Below, one piece after another: positions 57,855 to 64,000 of a stretch of 64,000 nt of DNA. The notes below the pieces were generated by a model that did no database searches, was not told the origin of the DNA, and saw only the letters and a program-made list of their open reading frames with translations. Source of the stretch: the human T2T-CHM13v2.0 reference genome, Homo sapiens; NCBI RefSeq assembly GCF_009914755.1, contig NC_060935.1. One strand, written 5' to 3'. A program made the position numbers and the translations under genes. Within the stretch, counting starts at the first letter, position 1; each line of letters begins with the position of its first letter.

Positions 57855-58090
57855 TATCTCATAGTGGTAAGGGCTGAATTACAGAGGGGGACTCTCTAGG
57901 TTCAAACCCTGGCTCCTCCATTTTCTGGCTCTGAGACCTTAGGCAGGTTACTTATGCTCTCTGACCCTGAGTTTCCTCATCTGAATATAGGAATAATAAT
58001 AATAATAAGACCTACCTATTTATGAATAACACATGCAAAGTACTTACAACAATGCCCGACACATAGTAAAGACTCAGTAATTATTAGGCA
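57855..58090 (+). mobile_element. MIR
   Basis: ggttcaaaccctggctcc...accttaggcaggttactt...gtttcctcatctg. Confidence 0.8.
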
Positions 58091-58181
58091 TTGACCACTA
58101 CGACACAAGAAAGAAGTGGAAACACAGATTAAGTGGCTTCTTTTCTACTCATTTCCACCCAGTTCAAAGGTTGTTATGTGG

Positions 58182-58569
58182 TGATATGGTTTGGCTCTTT
58201 GTCCCCACCCAAAGTTCATGTTGAGTTGTGATCCCCAGTGTTGGAGGTGGCCTGGGGGGAGATTATTGGGTCATGGGGGTGGTTTCTAATGATTTAGCAC
58301 CGTCCCCCCAGTACTCTCTAGTGACAGAGTTCTCACAGGATCTGGTTGTTTAAAAGTGTGCAGCACTTCACCCTTCGCTCTCTCCTGTTTTGCCATGGTA
58401 AGATGTGCCGCTTCCCCTTCGCCTCCTGCCATGATTGTTAGTTTCCCAAGACCTCTCAGCCATGCTTCCTGTACAGCCTGTGGAACTGTGAGCCAGTTAA
58501 ACCTCTTTTCTTTATAAATTGCCCAGTCTCAGGTAGTTCTTTATAGCAGCGTGAGAATGGACTAATACA
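58182..58569 (+). mobile_element. MSTA-like MaLR solo LTR
   Basis: TGATATGGTTTGGCTC...GAATGGACTAATACA termini; 5-bp TSD tgtgg/tgtag. Confidence 0.9.
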
Positions 58570-58696
58570 TGTAGTAAAAACATTCTGTGCTTAATAATCC
58601 TACTTAAAGGCACCAACGTTGTCTGTGCTATATAGTTCATGAGAAGATTATGTAATGACTCTCCTCCCATGATCCATTCTATCAAAGGCAGTTTCC

Positions 58697-58741
58697 GGCT
58701 GGGCATGGTGGCTCACACCTGTAATCCTGGCACTTTGGAAG
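58697..58741 (+). mobile_element. Alu 5' fragment (45 bp)
   Basis: ggctgggcatggtggctcacacctgtaatcctggcactttgg, then an abrupt end. Confidence 0.75.
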
Positions 58742-59687
58742 TCCTGAGTTTAGATCACATGCCCACTCTTTGGCATGATGAATATGTATGAGAGAACCAT
58801 GTATGGGAGAACTAGATATAGGACTCAACGACATTAACCACAACTGGGTACTTTTCCAAAGAAAACCAGATGTTCTTGAAGAAATAGATGCTGAGTGACC
58901 CTAACCACAACAAATGATCACTCTACCTTCTTAGTCCCCATAGTGGGAAACGTTTTGTGGTCCATTTCTGCAAAGGAGATGATCATGGAAACTAACCCTC
59001 ATGTCCATAGTGTTTCACAGAATGTGAGGGCAGCATAGATCTGTGAAAACAAACAAACAACAACAACCCAAAGCCTATCAGACTGCAGAAAACAATGACC
59101 TCAAAGGAAGAACTGCCTGCCTTTAGCTTGAATAATCCCAGAGTTTACTGAGTTCATGGGCATGCACTTCACATGTGGCATTCTCTGGGGAAAGACTTAA
59201 GAACTTAATCTGCCCTTTTCACCTCCAGTTTCTCCCGTTCCTGCCCAGGGTGATTAATGTGATGATGGCTTTGAAGACAGCTCCACAGAATCCCAAGGGA
59301 TCTATACTCTTGGGATGACATCATAGGGTGATTTGTTTGCTCCCAGGTCCCTGTACATTTCTTTGGGTACCAGCTGAGCACTCAGGAAAGTCTTTTGTAA
59401 ACCTGTCAGAAATACTGTGGGGCCTTGGTGTGCCTTTTCTTGTTTGGATTTCCTTTTCCTTCTGTCCTGCATTGTGACAAATTTCAGAATGCTGGTTTTA
59501 TCCTCTTTTGTACTTCCTTTTTATTGTTGTTTATAACAACTCTGTAGACGATGGCTTTGTTTTTTCTGTACTATCTGGATGACCTCCCTTAACAGCAGGT
59601 TTCTGTGGCTTTGCTTTTGAGGAATTTGTGAAGAAATTGATTCGGGAAAGAATCAGTAGCAAATCCCTACAGGTCTATGGCAACTGC

Positions 59688-59974
59688 TTTTTTTTTTTAA
59701 GCCAGGGTCTCACTCCCATCACCCAGGCTGGAGTGCAGTGACATGATCTTGGTTCGCTGCAGCCTCAGCTTTCCAAGCTTAGGTGATCCTCCTACCTCAG
59801 CCTCCTGAGTAGCTAGGAATATAGATGGGCACCACCATGTCCAGCTAATTTTTTGTATTTTATTTTAGGTAGAAACAGGGTTTTGCTATGTTGTTCAGAC
59901 TTGTCTTGAACTCCCGGGCTCAAGTGATCTGCCCAAAGTGCTAGGATTACAGGCGTGAACCACCGTGCCTGGCC
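59688..59974 (-). mobile_element. Alu (AluJ-type)
   Basis: Reverse Alu with a small internal deletion. Confidence 0.92.
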
Positions 59975-60004
59975 TGGATTCTCTCTTTAAAGAAGTTGCT
60001 TCTT

Positions 60005-60313
<309 letters not shown>

Positions 60314-60764
60314 CTATTTTGTCCAGCTGGAGAGACAGTTGGGGAGTGCCTGCAATCAGAAGTTCTGCAGCTGTCTGGGACCTGTCTATTCCAAGCTACG
60401 TACTTCAAACTTCCTTTCAAATCTTAAGTGCCTTCATTCTTGCCATTAAATTCCCATTTTGCTTACGTTTGCCAGAGTATGTTTCTGTTGCTTACGGTTG
60501 AAGACCCCTGATTAAAGAAAGCGTTCAAAAAGTAGTAGGAGGGTTGGAAATGATGTCTGGAATGATTGTCCCATGACAACAGTTATTTCACCTAATGCAT
60601 TGTACAGGGGTGAAGACTGCATGGTCAGGAGAAGAGGAGTATCTGCCTCTTCCCATCTGTTTAACTGGGTAGTAGCCTTTGACCTGACTGGGACCCCTGT
60701 TTTCACCCAGCCTTGAAGCTGTGGAAAAGCAGATTCAGTGGTGCAGTGTGTTCTCTTGCACTCA

Positions 60765-60972
60765 GCAGTATCTTAGTGAATGTTTAACAATTGGCTTTGG
60801 GTAGGGGATGGGGACAGGGGTTGATCTGTAATGTTTGCCAATTTCCATGGTGTAAACATTCCCACTGTGGCCAGTTTCAAGCTATAAATGTGATGTCACT
60901 GAATGCAGAGTTGGGAAGAGATGCACACATCAACTCTCCTGAGCCAGTATGAGCCACTGCAGCATGCCGCTG
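60765..60972 (-). mobile_element. MER63A-like hAT element
   Basis: tttgccaatttccatggtgtaaacattccc...gtcactgaatgcagagttgggaagagatgcaca. Confidence 0.75.
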
Positions 60973-61170
60973 CCTCTCTGCCTCTGACTGTGGCAGTTGC
61001 ACAGGAAAGCTTGTGGTTAATAACAATGGCTAAGATTTATTTAACACTTTACTTTGTGCCACATACTATTCTGGGCACCTTACTACATGTATTATCTGTC
61101 GCATGAATTTAATCATGATCTCTTTGATAGATGCAATTCTTGTCTCCATTTTATGGATAAGAAAACTGAA

Positions 61171-61636
<466 letters not shown>

Positions 61637-61815
61637 CTATAAGGCAAGGTGAGAAGTGGTATCAGGCTCAAACAACCTGGCAGAAATGACAGTGAAAAGG
61701 TCCACAGATACACTCAACACAGACGTTTCCTATTTGAGTCTAAACTTTATTTTCTGTACATACATTCTAATTATTTATACCCCATCTACCATCAAAAGGG
61801 TAAAAGGTAGCTTGA

Positions 61816-62128
<313 letters not shown>

Positions 62129-62149
62129 TCAAAATAGTAATATCTAACA

Positions 62150-62460
62150 ATTATTGAGTACCTACCATCTACTATTTACATTTTATCTCATCTTCACAAC
62201 AACCTTTAGAGAGAGGAATTGTTCCTGCCCATTTTGCAGATAAGGAAACTAAAGCTCACTAAAAGTTGATCTACCTCAGCCTACATAGCTAATAAGTGAC
62301 CAAAGGAAGACAGATTTTTAAAAATCCTCTTTATTTCATTGATGGGGAAACAGGCACAGAGTGGTTAAGCAACTTGCCCCATGTGACGTAGTTAATTAGT
62401 GCTGATCCAAACCCCAGTCTATCTGCTACTGAAGCCCATGATATTCACACCATATCCAGT
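62150..62460 (-). mobile_element. Two tandem MIR fragments
   Basis: cccattttgcagataaggaaact; gaaacaggcacagagtggttaagcaacttgccc. Confidence 0.7.
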
Positions 62461-63444
62461 GACTTCTCCCTTTGAGTACATCCCCTTATGATGCAGCCAG
62501 AATTGATTTTCCTAGAAAGCCCTGTCTGGGACACTCAGGAAAATGACTCTGCCAAGTGACCATTGAAAAGCCAACTGCAATTCCACAGCTCAGAGGGCTG
62601 TCTCGGGACCTCCTGCCACTTGCTCATGACCCACAAAGTCCAACACTTTTCTCTCTGAAAAGCTCACCTCTCTGTGAAGATCACCAACAGGTTAAAAGCA
62701 ATATCAAAAGAATGGGTTTATTTATCCAATAGTGGTTACTTCTGATCTTCTCCTGTGACTTCCCTATGGAGACTGGGCTGGATGGGGGAGATACCACACC
62801 AGAGTGCATGATTCTTCTTGTGTGTGATCTGAGTGGCTTTTGCCGGATGCATACACGACCCAACCTGACTGCCTTGACAGGTGTGATATGAATGAGATGC
62901 TCCGGTTATTGGTGATAATGAGACTTTTCAGTGTCTGTCAGTTACGGAACAATTCATGTCATCCAATGAACGGCATCTTCTCAGATAACTTGAGGCAGGG
63001 CTGCTGAAACATGGAACACTTTAAGGAAGTCATTGGTGCCGGTTCTGGAAGGGTTAACACACCCCAATGTGCCTGCCTTTGCTCTTCCAGCAGAGAGAGG
63101 AGGGGGTGGGCTGGGGGTGGGATGTGTCTCATTCAGACACATATCCATAGCAAAACAGTGGAGAAACAGTTTTAAACCATAATGCTCCCTGTTCTGGCTT
63201 GCATACTGATGTCTCTGGGATTACTTTTCCCTGCTCTGGCAATCTGTCACCTATAACTGGGGAGGAAAGGCAGGCATCAGAGAGCCTAAATGATTAAGCG
63301 GTGTAGTCTTGTAGACCTGCTGCCTTGCAGGTCCTTGACCTCATTAGGTCACTGATGGTGGGACAGTCCTGCAGAAACACCTGAGAATCTCTGAGGGTAC
63401 CTCTCATCACCCCTTCTACTGCAAATAATATACACAAAGGACAT

Positions 63445-64000
63445 CCAGCCTCAAAAAATTAAACCTAGAATTATCATAGGACCAGCAATCCCATTTCTGG
63501 GTATACACTCAAAAGAATTGAAAGAGGGGAATTAAACAGATATTTGCACACCAGTGCCCATAGCAGCATTATTCACAATACCCGAAAGGTGGAAATAACC
63601 CAATTGTCCACCAATGGATGAATGGGTAAACCAAATGTGCTGTATACATACAACCTTAAAATCATTCAGTCTTAAAAACAAATGAGTTTCTGACATATGT
63701 TACAATGTGGGTCAACCTTGAAGACCTTATGCTAACTGAAATAAGCCAGACACAAAAAGACAAAATGGTGAGATTCCACTTATATGAGGTACATAGAGTA
63801 GTCAAATTCGTAGAGACACAAAGGAAGATGGTGGTTGCTAGGGGAAGAGAAAAATGAGGAGTTATTTTTTAATGGGTACAGAATTTCAGTTGGAATAATA
63901 AAACATTTCTATAGATGGATGTTGGTGAAGGTTGTACAATAACGTGAATGTACTTAATGCCACTGAACAGTACACTTAAAAATGGTTAACATGGTAAATT
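63445..64000 (+). mobile_element. L1MB-like 3' end running off the window
   Basis: ccagcaatcccatttctgggtata...catagcagcattattcacaata...gtgaatgtacttaatgccactgaac. Confidence 0.9.

Noticed and set aside
63102-63121. Canonical G4 motif gggggtgggctgggggtggg
   Set aside because: Isolated, and such motifs are frequent genome-wide; no supporting context.

Overview
This is primate genomic DNA, almost certainly human, and is the FJX1 locus (11p13, from recall). There is one protein-coding gene: intronless FJX1 (CDS 45402-46715, + strand, 437 aa). It sits in a ~2.2 kb CpG island, with a 3'UTR ending near AATAAA at 47608. The rest is intergenic DNA dense in interspersed repeats: about 19 Alus or Alu fragments, a 5'-truncated L1PA3-like 3' end, a twin-primed L1PB-like element, old L1M/L2/MIR pieces, MaLR/ERV solo LTRs and hAT/Tigger DNA transposon fossils. 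Nearly all other ORFs in the track derive from repeats or GC content. I see no convincing new multi-gene system. The features not explained by routine annotation are: a thymosin-beta-4-like 37-codon ORF between unrelated flanks (2530-2643, - strand); a ~96%-identical 120-bp inverted duplication inserted inside an old MLT1 LTR (20341-21032); an ancient diverged ~135-bp duplication that predates an MLT2 insertion (13666-15700); a strong-Kozak uORF in the FJX1 leader; and a G-rich 92-bp-period minisatellite at a TE junction. Repeat subfamily names come from recalled consensus sequences, and repeat boundaries are approximate.
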